Positions 39,862 through 48,613 of a stretch of DNA of 48,613 bases are shown one piece after another. Each line of letters opens with the position of its first letter. Within the stretch, counting starts at the first letter, position 1. Both the position numbers and the translations under genes were made by a program. The stretch comes from a bacterium. GTDB lineage: Bacteria > Hinthialibacterota > Hinthialibacteria > Hinthialibacterales > Hinthialibacteraceae. The notes under the pieces are model-generated. The model saw nothing but the letters and a program-made list of their open reading frames with translations. It did not search any database and was not told where the DNA came from. The stretch covers positions 1-48,613 of the forward strand of contig CAXXMV010000007.1 of the NCBI GenBank assembly GCA_963662285.2. Reading direction: 5' to 3'.

Positions 39862-41275
39862 TCATCGACGTTTCCAGCGCACCCCGTCACGCGTATCTTC
39901 CAGAATGATACCCTGTTCAGCCAGTTTATCGCGTATGGCGTCGGCTGCGGCGAAGTCCTTGTTTTTTCTGGCATCCTGGCGGTCTTGAATAAGGCCTTCG
40001 ATATCCTCATCCAGGATTTGCTCTTCCTGCTTCATGACGCCGAGTACTGAATCGAACTCTTTTAATATATCTAGAATACTCTGCGCCTGTTCTTTGGAGA
40101 TAGGCGATTCATCCATCACCTTGTTGGCTTCGCGTATAAAATCAAACAGAGCCGCGATATCCTCACCGCGCGGGGCGTATCCAGGTCGTCATCCATGTGT
40201 TCCTTAAAACGTTCAACGCATTTGATCAGTTCTTCAGCCAAAGTCTCTGATTTTTCTCCGTCCGTCTCGCCAGCCAACAACTCCTTCAAGCGGCCATGAA
40301 AATCCATAATGCGCGACCAGGATGCATGAGCCGCCTTGAGGCCGTCCATCGTCAGGTTAACCGGAGTACGATAGTGACTGGATACCACGAAGAAACGCAC
40401 CGCCATAGGGTGGAATCCATTATCGATCAGGTCGCGCAGGGTATAGAAATTGCCCTTGGATTTGGACATCTTCTCGCCTTCAACCAGAAGATGACGACAG
40501 TGCAGCCAGAAATTGACGTATTTGCAACCAGTGCACGCCTCGCCTCTGGGCAATCTCATTTTCATGGTGGGGAAAGATATTATCTTCGCCGCCGCAATGG
40601 ATATCAAAGTGATCACCCAGATATTTCATAGCCATTGCGGAACATTCGATATGCCATCCGGGACGCCCTTGTCCCAGTTCGGTTTCCCAGAAATGTTCGC
40701 CTTCTTTTTTTGATTTCCATAGCACGAAATCAGAGGCTTGCTCTTTTTCATATTCGTCAGAATCGATCCGCGCCCCTGCTTGAAGCGCATCGGGACGGTT
40801 GCCCGACAGACGACCATAATCATTGAATTTATTGACCCGGAAATAAACCGAACCGTCTTTTTCGTAGGTAAGTCCCTTCTCTTCCAATGTCTTTATAATC
40901 GCAACCATTTCGGGGATATGATCGGTCGCCTTGGGGTAAAACTCAGCGCGTTCGATATTGAGCGTATCCATATCATCGAAGAAGGCTTTTTCGAACTGCT
41001 CTGTCACTTCAAATATAGTGCAATTATTTTCCTGGGATTTACGGATTATTTTATCTTCAACATCGGTCAGATTCATGACGTGGGTGACTTTGAATCCCCG
41101 GTGCTTCAAGTATCGGCGCAGGACATCCTCAAACAGATAGGCGCGGTAATTGCCGATATGGGCATAGTCGTATACCGTAGGACCACAGGTATACATCCTG
41201 ACGTGATCAGGTTCTATGCTCTTAAATTGTTCCTTACGATTGGTTTCGGTGTTGTAAAAAATATATCTCGCTCAT
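39862..41275 (-). CDS. cysS: Cysteine--tRNA ligase, three apparent frameshifts (~41258, ~40544, ~40160), likely sequence errors
   Basis: MYTCGPTVYDYAHIGN, DFVLWK, GRPGWHIECSAM, FPHHENEIAQ, KMSKS, DDDLDT, ADAIRD.L...GI.LED spread over successive frames. Confidence 0.93.
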
Positions 41276-41336
41276 AGTTCTCCACTTGGTTTTATCTGAT
41301 ATTGTTTGTTATTTTTATGCAAAGATTGCCAATATC

Positions 41337-41474
41337 AACCCTCTCCTAACCTCTCCCAATCTTGGGAGAGGAATGTTTCTCCACAGTACTTTATATAACT
41401 AAGTCTTAATAAGAATACAGGCGATATTTAAAAATCCCTCTCCCCCAACTTGGGGGAGAATTCAAGAGGGGGTT
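41337..41474. repeat. Inward-facing pair of BoxC-like repeats
   Basis: ccctctcctaacctctcccaa-tc-ttgggagagg (+) and ctcccccaa-c-ttgggggagaattcaagaggggg (reverse orientation), about 60 bp AT-rich spacer. Confidence 0.75.
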
Positions 41475-41535
41475 GTTATCAAAAACCCAAAATTTTCCAT
41501 TGACGTTATAATTATAATTGAACCATCGTTTCAGG

Positions 41536-42132
41536 TTAATAAGTTAGTGTAGCCGCCCATGAAGGAACTTTAACTCCTCCAGCGCGATATATGTCGCCCC
41601 AACTTATAACTCCATTGGATGGCTGATATACCAATCCTTTCTGAGGATAATCATTGGCGTTATAGTTGTCCGCCACATCAGGGCCGGAACTTTCAAGCAA
41701 CCAGGCCTTTCTGGGGAAAGCGCTACTATCATACTGGTTGCCTTTAACCAACCAGGTCGCCAATTCAAACATAGGATCAATCTCATTGCCATTAATCGTC
41801 ATATCGCGGCTTTGCGCTTTTCCTTTGAAAGGATTATTGAACGCGCTGGCGCCGGAAATATATGAAACCGGAGTAGTCAAATCCCGGTAGCCCACATAAT
41901 CATTTGCTGGATCGGTAGAATCCCAGGCCCATCGGGGATAGGTTCCCTTATCCAGTTGATAGGTTTCCAAAGCCGTTTCAATCGTCTTCATATTGCTGAC
42001 AGCTTTTGATACCTTGGCCCTGACTTGAGCCTGGAGAAAATTAGGCACAGCGATAGCCGCCAGGATGCCAATAATGGCAACGACGATTAATAATTCTATC
42101 AACGTGAATCCTCTTGGCAATGATTGCGTCAT
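41536..42132 (-). CDS. Orphan GspG-like prepilin (paralog 2)
   Basis: RG|FTLIELLIVVAIIGILAAIAVPNF; ALETY.LD...YP; LTTPVSYI; SSGPD; YQPSNGVISWGDI; start 42132 or 42153. Confidence 0.9.
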   Translation of the reverse strand: MTQSLPRGFTLIELLIVVAIIGILAAIAVPNFLQAQVRAKVSKAVSNMKTIETALETYQLDKGTYPRWAWDSTDPANDYVGYRDLTTPVSYISGASAFNNPFKGKAQSRDMTINGNEIDPMFELATWLVKGNQYDSSAFPRKAWLLESSGPDVADNYNANDYPQKGLVYQPSNGVISWGDIYRAGGVKVPSWAATLTY

Positions 42133-42167
42133 TTCCTGTTTTATTTCCAACACTCATGGGATTATCA

Positions 42168-42506
42168 CTACAAAGGCATCTCAACCGAGCCGCCTTGTTC
42201 CACTGCTCGAACAATGGCTTCTGTAAATTCCATATACTTAACGCCATCTTCAAAATCGGGATGAACCTCTTTACCCTCGCGGATAGCATCGACAAAATCC
42301 TGCTCCACTGTCCACAAGCGTTCTTTTTCTGGAGGTATAGAAACCATGTCCCAATCTCCGCCATTTTGCGACATGATTATTTGATCTTCCACAAAATCAT
42401 AACACAACGCCCCCTGACTGCCGAACACCTCCAATACGCTCATCGGTTGATGTGAAGCCAGCGCGCTCCATTCCCAACGCATCAAAGCCCCGTTCTCCAT
42501 CGCGCA
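42168..42506 (-). pseudogene. C-terminal fragment of a Gfo/Idh/MocA oxidoreductase, 5' part lost at the junction
   Basis: MENGA......S, LEVFGSQGAL, DFVDAIREG....PDFEDG......EAI.RA.EQG..V; no NAD-binding N-terminus upstream. Confidence 0.75.
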
Positions 42507-44253
42507 GCGTCTGCGCAATCTCATCGTCGCTGATGCCGATCATCGGCTTGACGTTGACGTCGCACGCCGTCAGTGTGCGGGCCGCCAGTGTGTCTATATG
42601 CCGCCCGCCGCGCACCAGCACCGTGATTCCGCGTTTTTTGATAACCGCGCGGTTGATCTTCTGGCTCGTGGCGTTGATATACAGCTCGTCCGCCGCGTTG
42701 ACCTGCGTTTCACGGCCGCACGACACATCGGCCAGCGCTTCTCCCTGAGCAAAATACTTCGCTTCGATTTTCTTCCTTGTCTTTTTGGACAGCATGAAAA
42801 GCTCTGGCTCAAACATGTCGACATACAGCTTTTGCTGGCGCAGTGCTTTAATCCCGATACACAGCCCAGCGTCCATGACGTTTGCGATGTGCGCGCATAC
42901 CGGCCGCATTGCGCCGCGCAGCGTGTATACATCCACGCCGCTCATCGTGAATATGCCCGCCGCCTGCTTCACCGCCGCGTCGCCCCATGCCGACGCATCG
43001 CCGCACAGCACGACACGGCCGCCCGACATATGCTCTGCCGCAGCACCGAAGATGCGCCCCAGCCGCAGCGGCGTAAGATCGACACCGATGTCGCCCGCGA
43101 AACCGGTCTTGCCGAGAAAACCGGCATGTTCACCGTATCCCCAGACAATGTTGCCGCTGGCATTCGCGCCGGTCGACAGCCATTTGTCGGGCCACAGCCG
43201 CACACGCGGGCTGACGCTGTTGTCGCCCGGCAGCTGGCACCGGTCACCCACGACCGCATTTTCGTATACGCTGCACCGTTCGCCAAGGTGCGCATTTTCG
43301 CCGATGATGCAGCCGCTGAGTTTTGCGTTGCGCCCGATGCTGGCGCCCGAGAGAACCACACTGCGCTTGATTGACGCGTGGGCACCGATGCGCACACCCT
43401 GTCCCACGGCTGTAAAGCTGCCGATCTTCGCGCCGTCGCCGATCACCGCACCGTCACCGATGAAGCTCGGGGACTGTATCAGCGCCGAGTTGCTGATCGT
43501 CGCATCGCCGACATAGATACCACTGACGCATTTGCCTTTGATGTCGGCCTTCACATTGCCGCGCAGAAGATCCTCGTGGGCGCGGACATAGCTCTCGATG
43601 TTACCGACATCGCACCAATATCCTTGTGCAACATAGCCGTGGATCGAAAGCCCCTTGTCCATCATCAGAGGAAAGAGGTCTTGGGCAAAATCGAACCGCT
43701 GTCCGTCGGGAATGAGGTCCAGCACATCCGGTTCGAGGATATAGATGCCGGTGTTGACGGTATCCGAAAAAACGTCTTCCCAGCCCGGCTTCTCCACAAA
43801 CCGCTCAATATTGCCTCCGTCGTCCGATATCACAACGCCGTATTCAAGCGGCCGCCCCATCTTTTTCAGCACGATCGTCGCCTTGGCACCGCTGCGCTCG
43901 TGGTGCGTGATCGCTTCGCCAATATCGATGTCAGTCAGCGCGTCGCCGCTGATAATCAGCACACGCCCGTCCACAAAACCCGCCGCGTTTTTGACGCTGC
44001 CTGCCGTGCCAAGCGGCTCGTTTTCCACAAAATATGTGATATCGGCGTTCTGATATCCATCGAAATAATCTGTGATGACGGAGGGTTTGTACATCAGCGT
44101 GAACGCCATGTCGCGGATACCGTGCCGCAAAAGATGCTCCACCGTGTACTCGATCATCGGTTTACCAAGCAGCGACACCATCGGTTTGGGCACGCCGCAT
44201 GTCAGCGGGCGAAGACGCGTTCCTTCACCGCCGGCCATTACAATTGCTCGCAT
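42397..44253 (-). CDS. Mannose-1-phosphate guanylyltransferase-like NDP-sugar pyrophosphorylase with hexapeptide repeats and partial phosphomannomutase domain; native sequence ends near 42500
   Basis: MAGGEGTRLRPLT...PKPMV, PLGTAGSV, SGDALTD, FVEKP, YWCDVG, LbH repeats, then G....DLTP domain; last ~35 aa run out of frame over the oxidoreductase fragment. Confidence 0.85.
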   Translation of the reverse strand: MRAIVMAGGEGTRLRPLTCGVPKPMVSLLGKPMIEYTVEHLLRHGIRDMAFTLMYKPSVITDYFDGYQNADITYFVENEPLGTAGSVKNAAGFVDGRVLIISGDALTDIDIGEAITHHERSGAKATIVLKKMGRPLEYGVVISDDGGNIERFVEKPGWEDVFSDTVNTGIYILEPDVLDLIPDGQRFDFAQDLFPLMMDKGLSIHGYVAQGYWCDVGNIESYVRAHEDLLRGNVKADIKGKCVSGIYVGDATISNSALIQSPSFIGDGAVIGDGAKIGSFTAVGQGVRIGAHASIKRSVVLSGASIGRNAKLSGCIIGENAHLGERCSVYENAVVGDRCQLPGDNSVSPRVRLWPDKWLSTGANASGNIVWGYGEHAGFLGKTGFAGDIGVDLTPLRLGRIFGAAAEHMSGGRVVLCGDASAWGDAAVKQAAGIFTMSGVDVYTLRGAMRPVCAHIANVMDAGLCIGIKALRQQKLYVDMFEPELFMLSKKTRKKIEAKYFAQGEALADVSCGRETQVNAADELYINATSQKINRAVIKKRGITVLVRGGRHIDTLAARTLTACDVNVKPMIGISDDEIAQTLRDGERGFDALGMERAGFTSTDERIGGVRQSGGVVL

Positions 44254-44414
44254 AAATAACACCCCTGGTTGTTTTTTCAGCATTATTATGTTCATTGCCG
44301 ACTATGCGTATTCATTTTGCGGCACAATGGTGTGCTGGCATTCAAAAACAATATTTATTTTTTACATTTATCAATGTATAATGGTGGTAAATACCGGTCT
44401 GATAGAGAGGTCAT

Positions 44415-45067
44415 ATGAATTTATTTGAAATCAAAGACATGTGTCGAGCGAACTTCAACCCTTATCTGATGGAAGCGTTGGGCCATATCCCGATACCGAC
44501 GACGCACAGCTGCTGGACATCGCCTGCGGCACCGGCGTATCCATATGCGAGATCGCCAAGGCAACAGATTGCCATATTACCGCCATGGATATTGATTCAG
44601 AGAGCCTGAGGGTTCTTGAAGAAAAGCTGACCGGCCGCCTTGCCGAACGCATCAGCATCGTGCAAGCCGATCTTACATCGGCGAATCTGCCGGTACACAG
44701 CTATGATATCGTACTGGCCGAGGGGATATTCAATGCGATTGGATACGATGCCGGGCTGTCCATCACGTCACGCTGGCTGAAAGACGGTGGACATATGATC
44801 ATCCACGACGAATGGCGCAGCAATGCCGAGGATATGCTGAGCCGCCGCGGCTTTGAGATTCTTGCGGAACGTCGGCTTGATGAGACCATGTGGGGAGAGC
44901 TGTATTATCTGTGCCTTGAAAAGCACATCGCCCAGCTCACCGCACAGAACCCGGACGACGACGCGCTCCAAAAACAGCTGGCGCCCGTGATTGATGAAAT
45001 CCGCCAGTACAAAGCAACGCCCGCCATGTTTCGCTCGGTCTATCACGTTGTTCGCAAGATTTCATAA
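44415..45067 (+). CDS. Class I SAM-dependent methyltransferase, one apparent frameshift near 44496
   Basis: GAGG RBS and ATG at 44415; motif I LLDIACGTG, ITAMDID, YDIVLAEG, LKDGG in the adjacent frame. Confidence 0.8.
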
Positions 45068-45097
45068 ACGATACTGTGTCACTATAGCATACACGTC

Positions 45098-45136
45098 AAA
45101 AGGGCCTTGCAGACAATGCCGCAAGACCCTTTTTAT
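45098..45136. terminator. Bidirectional terminator between methyltransferase and hslU
   Basis: aaaagggccttgc-agacaatgcc-gcaagacccttttt. Confidence 0.8.
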
Positions 45137-45146
45137 TTTTCTTTTT

Positions 45147-46530
45147 CTACAGTATATATTTCTGCAAATCGTTATCCTTGATCTGGTCTTTGAGATGTTC
45201 TTTGACGTAGTTCGCATCGATCTTCACGTCGAGCAGCGGATGATCGCCGCCCGCGTTGTACGAAATGTCTTCAAGCAGGTTTTCGATGACGGTGTGCAGC
45301 CGCCGTGCGCCGATGTTCTCTGACGTCTCATTGACCATCACCGCGAATCTCGCAATCGCTTCAATCGCGTCGTCCTCGAAAATGAGCCGCACGTTGTCGG
45401 CTTCCAGCAATGCTTGATACTGCTTGATCAGCGCGTTTTTAGGCTGAACCAATATCAGCTCCATATCCTTCTGCGACAGGTTTGTGAGTTCCACCTTGAT
45501 CGGGAAACGACCCTGCAGCTCTGGTATGAGATCGGATATCTTCGCGACATGGAAAGCCCCCGCCGCAATGAACAGCATGTAGTCTGTTTTGACCGGACCG
45601 TATTTGGTGACAACCGTGCTGCCCTCCACAATCGGCAGGATGTCGCGCTGGACGCCCTCGCGGGAAATATCCGGCCCCTGGCCCATGCTTTTGCCCGCAA
45701 CCTTGTCGATCTCGTCAAGGAAGATAATGCCGTCCTGCTCGGCCCTGTCGATGGCCGTGCTGATCACTTCATCCATGTCGATAAGTTTGTCGGCCTCTTC
45801 CTGCGTGAATATCTTGCGCGCTTCCGACACGGTGACCTTGCGCTTCTTGGTTTTCTTGGGCAATATACCCGAAAACATATCCTGAATGTTGATATCACCG
45901 CCGATGCCGGCGATCTCGATACCCACCGCCGGGTTATCGGTCACCTCAACCTCGATGATCATATCCTCCAGCCGCCCGGCACGCAGCGCGGCCTGCATCT
46001 CTTCGCGTTTGCTCATGCGCCGCTGACGCTCTTCCTGCGTCTCGGACGGGGGCGCTTCGCCCTGGCCCAGCAGCATCTGGAACGGGTTTGTGCTGGCGGC
46101 CGACGCTTTCTTATGGATCGGCACCAGCGCGTCGACAAGCCGGTCTTCCGCCATCCTTGCCGCTTTGTCGGCGACGGATTCGTGACGTGACGACTTAACC
46201 ATGCGGATCGACGCCTCCACGAGATCGCGGATCATCGACTCGACATCGCGGCCGACGTAACCGACCTCGGTGAACTTCGTGGCCTCCACCCTTAATAAAC
46301 GGCGCGTTCATCAACTTTGACAGCCGCCGTGCGATCTCGGTTTTACCGACGCCCGTCGGGCCCACCATGATGATGTTCTTCGGCGTGATTTCGTCCTGCA
46401 TTTCTTTATCGAGCTGGTTACGGCGATAGCGGTTGCGTAGTGCGATGGCGACCGCCTTTTTCGCTTTGTCCTGGCCGATGATATATTTATCGAGTTCGTG
46501 CACGATCTCTTTAGGTGTCAGATGTGACAT
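45147..46530 (-). CDS. hslU: ATP-dependent protease ATPase subunit HslU/ClpY, one apparent frameshift near 46290
   Basis: [29 protein letters not shown], then [33 protein letters not shown]; extra G in aagggtg. Confidence 0.95.
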
Positions 46531-46531
46531 A

Positions 46532-47062
46532 TTATACCTCCTCCACCGTGATGTTGTTGTTGGTGAATATGCAGATGCTGCCCGCGATCTCGATCGCTTT
46601 TTCGGCGATCTCGCGCGCACCGAGGTCTGTATTCTCTTTCAGCGCCTTGGCCGCCGCCAGCGCATAGCTGCCGCCGCTGCCAATCGCCGCAATCTCGTCG
46701 TCCGGCATGATGACCTCGCCGCCGCCCGATACGATGAGCAGTTCGTCTTTGTCCGCCGCAATCAGCATCGCTTCAAGCTTTCTCAGCATCTTGTCGCTGC
46801 GCCACTCCTGCGCCAGCTCCACCGCCGCCCGCTGCAAACTGCCGCCGTACTGCTCCAGCTTGGCTTCGAACCGCTCGGACAGCGTGAATGCATCGGCCAC
46901 GGAACCCGCGAACCCGACAACCACCTTGTCATCGAACAACCGCCGCACCTTTTTGGCGTGATGCTTCATGATCGTATTCTGCCCAAACGTCACCTGCCCG
47001 TCGCCCGCGACAGCACATTGGCCGTTTCGCCGCACAGCGACGATTGTTGTCCCTTTCATCAT
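46532..47062 (-). CDS. hslV: ATP-dependent protease peptidase subunit HslV/ClpQ
   Basis: [37 protein letters not shown]. Confidence 0.97.
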   Translation of the reverse strand: MMKGTTIVAVRRNGQCAVAGDGQVTFGQNTIMKHHAKKVRRLFDDKVVVGFAGSVADAFTLSERFEAKLEQYGGSLQRAAVELAQEWRSDKMLRKLEAMLIAADKDELLIVSGGGEVIMPDDEIAAIGSGGSYALAAAKALKENTDLGAREIAEKAIEIAGSICIFTNNNITVEEV

Positions 47063-47065
47063 TGT

Positions 47066-48379
47066 CTATTCCTCCCATCCGTTTGCAATGGCGCGCACTT
47101 CACTTAGCGCCCGCTCAGATATTTTCAGTTTCTTGTCCTTTTTGGATGCCCTTATGCTTATTGTATTCATCAGCCCGAAAGTGATATTCATCGGTTGAAA
47201 ATCCGCGCCCTGATATTCGGATACATGTGCCGCCAGCGCACCGATCGCCGTATCACGGCTGAAGTGCGGCCTTGGCTTTCCAACAACGTCACACGCGGCG
47301 CACATTCCGGCCACAATGCCCGAAGACGCGCTTTCCACGTATCCTTCAACGCCGGTGATCTGCCCCGCAAAATAGAGCCCCGGCCTTTTCTTCATCTCGT
47401 AGCACGCATTCAGCACACCCGGGCTTTTAATATACGTGTTGCGATGCATTACGCCGTAGCGCACGAACTCCGCGTTCTTAAGCCCCGGTATCATAGAGAA
47501 AACGCGCTTTTGCTCGCCAAACTTCAAATGCGTCTGGAACCCGACAAGGTTGAAGAGCCGACCTTCCGTATCCTCTTTGCGCAGCTGCACCACCGCAAAC
47601 GGCATTTTGCCCGTGTGCGGATTCGTAAGCCCGACCGGCTTTAACGGCCCGAACAGCAGCGTCTGAAACCCGCGGCGCGCCATCGTCTCTACCGGCATAC
47701 AGCCCTCAAACACGTTTTGGTCTTCGAAGCCGTGTATCTCTGCCGTCTTGGCCCCGGTCAGTGCGTCATAGAACGCGCGGTATTGGTCTTCGTCCATCGC
47801 GCAGTTGAGGTAATCATCTGTGCCGCGCCCATAGCGCGACGCCATAAACGCTTTGTCCATATCGACAGACGCCGCCGTCACAATCGGGGCCGCCGCATCA
47901 AAAAACGACAACATATCCTGCCCGACCGTGTCCGCAATGCTTTGCGCCAGCGCATCCGACGCCAGCGGCCCGGCCGCTGCTATAACTATACCATCCTCCG
48001 GGATGTTCGTCACTTCCCCGGCGATAAATTTAATGTGGCAATTTTGTAAAACTTTTTCGGTAATGTATGCAGAAAAGGCATGGCGGTCGACAGCGAGTGC
48101 ACCGCCGGCGGGGACTTTGGTCTTATCCGCCGCTTCTATGATCAGCGAACCGAGTTCGCGCATCTCCTGTTTTAGCAGGCCCACGGCGTTTTGCAGGCCG
48201 TCGGCACGCAATGAATTGGAGCACACCAGCTCCGCAAACTGCGGCGAATGGTGCGCAGGCGACATGCTGTGCGGTTTCTGGTCGTGCAGCACGACATCGA
48301 CGCCACGGCGTGCCAGCTGCCATGCCGCTTCGCAGCCCGCAAGGCCGGCGCCGATGATATGCACGCCGCTATTTTTCAT
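47066..48379 (-). CDS. trmFO: Folate/FAD-dependent tRNA (uracil-54) methyltransferase TrmFO
   Basis: IGAGLAGCEAAWQ, AELVCSNS, FFDAAAPI, FEGCMP, RYGVMHRN, AGQITGVEGY; ATG at 48379. Confidence 0.96.
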   Translation of the reverse strand: MKNSGVHIIGAGLAGCEAAWQLARRGVDVVLHDQKPHSMSPAHHSPQFAELVCSNSLRADGLQNAVGLLKQEMRELGSLIIEAADKTKVPAGGALAVDRHAFSAYITEKVLQNCHIKFIAGEVTNIPEDGIVIAAAGPLASDALAQSIADTVGQDMLSFFDAAAPIVTAASVDMDKAFMASRYGRGTDDYLNCAMDEDQYRAFYDALTGAKTAEIHGFEDQNVFEGCMPVETMARRGFQTLLFGPLKPVGLTNPHTGKMPFAVVQLRKEDTEGRLFNLVGFQTHLKFGEQKRVFSMIPGLKNAEFVRYGVMHRNTYIKSPGVLNACYEMKKRPGLYFAGQITGVEGYVESASSGIVAGMCAACDVVGKPRPHFSRDTAIGALAAHVSEYQGADFQPMNITFGLMNTISIRASKKDKKLKISERALSEVRAIANGWEE

Positions 48380-48613
48380 CTTTACCCTTGCGCTGGTTGC
48401 TGGGGCACGTGGCGTCGGCACATTTTTTGTAGCTTTTGCCGTTTGAAAGTCGACGCAGCACCATCATGCCGCCGCATGTTTCACACTTCTCGGCAATCGG
48501 CATATCCCACGACACGAAATCGCATTCGGATAGCCTTCGCACCCATAGAATATCTTGCGCGATTTGCTTGACTTCTTCTCGACGATACGCTTGCCGCACT
48601 TGGGGCATGGCGT
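48369..48613 (-). CDS. topA: DNA topoisomerase I, C-terminal Zn-ribbons (partial; frameshift near 48525)
   Basis: CPKCG...FYGCEGYP then shifted ECDFVSW, CETCG, C....C; directly upstream of trmFO as in Firmicutes. Confidence 0.85.
   Translation of the reverse strand, partial: AMPQVRQAYRREEVKQIAQDILWVRRLSECDFVSWDMPIAEKCETCGGMMVLRRLSNGKSYKKCADATCPSNQRKGKDEK

Noticed and set aside
39862-41275. cysS as a pseudogene or programmed frameshift
   Set aside because: All catalytic motifs intact, three separate shifts, and neighbouring genes show the same error pattern.
41317-41332. Sigma-54-like TTGGCAATCTTTGCA upstream of cysS
   Set aside because: GG to GC spacing is 8 nt, not the required 10.
42397-42524. 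Genuine overlapping dual-coding genes
   Set aside because: The overlap is read-through across the junction of two truncated genes.
42452-48571. Long plus-strand ORFs (e.g. 42598-43374, 43378-44259, 45414-46190, 46433-47107)
   Set aside because: Antisense shadows of well-supported genes in GC-rich DNA, with no motifs.

Overview
The window appears to join two unrelated genomes at about 42.5 kb. Left part (1 to ~42,500; by eye roughly 40-45% GC with very AT-rich spacers) is from a diderm bacterium. Its GspG-like orphan pilin family resembles those of Sumerlaeota/Ca. Hinthialibacterota (OLB16)-type lineages (inference, not a database result). It carries an 11-gene type II secretion/type IV filament operon (E-F-G-H-I-J-K-PilMN-PilO/M-C-D) behind a well-formed sigma-54 promoter, groES-groEL (also sigma-54, no CIRCE seen), glgP, hpt, pgeF, MoxR, envelope glycan genes, two orphan pilins, tRNA-Gly(GCC), an orphan response regulator, cysS and several small repeat families (BoxC-like, MITE-like). 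Right part (~42,500 to end; visibly GC-richer) is Clostridia-like: NDP-sugar pyrophosphorylase/phosphomannomutase, methyltransferase, hslU-hslV-trmFO-topA. Both genes at the junction are truncated, and single-base frameshifts cluster at the window ends (even in cysS and topA), so a chimeric low-coverage assembly is the simplest reading. The best candidate for new biology is the secretion operon, whose minor pseudopilins all carry Arg-rich inserts and whose platform is a PilM-PilN fusion, together with the variable orphan pilins it may assemble. Secondary leads: a ~145-nt structured RNA candidate, a phosphoglycosyl transferase with reversed domain order, and a gamma-glutamylcyclotransferase lacking its catalytic Glu. 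No CRISPR array, transposase, integrase or recognisable defence system was seen.
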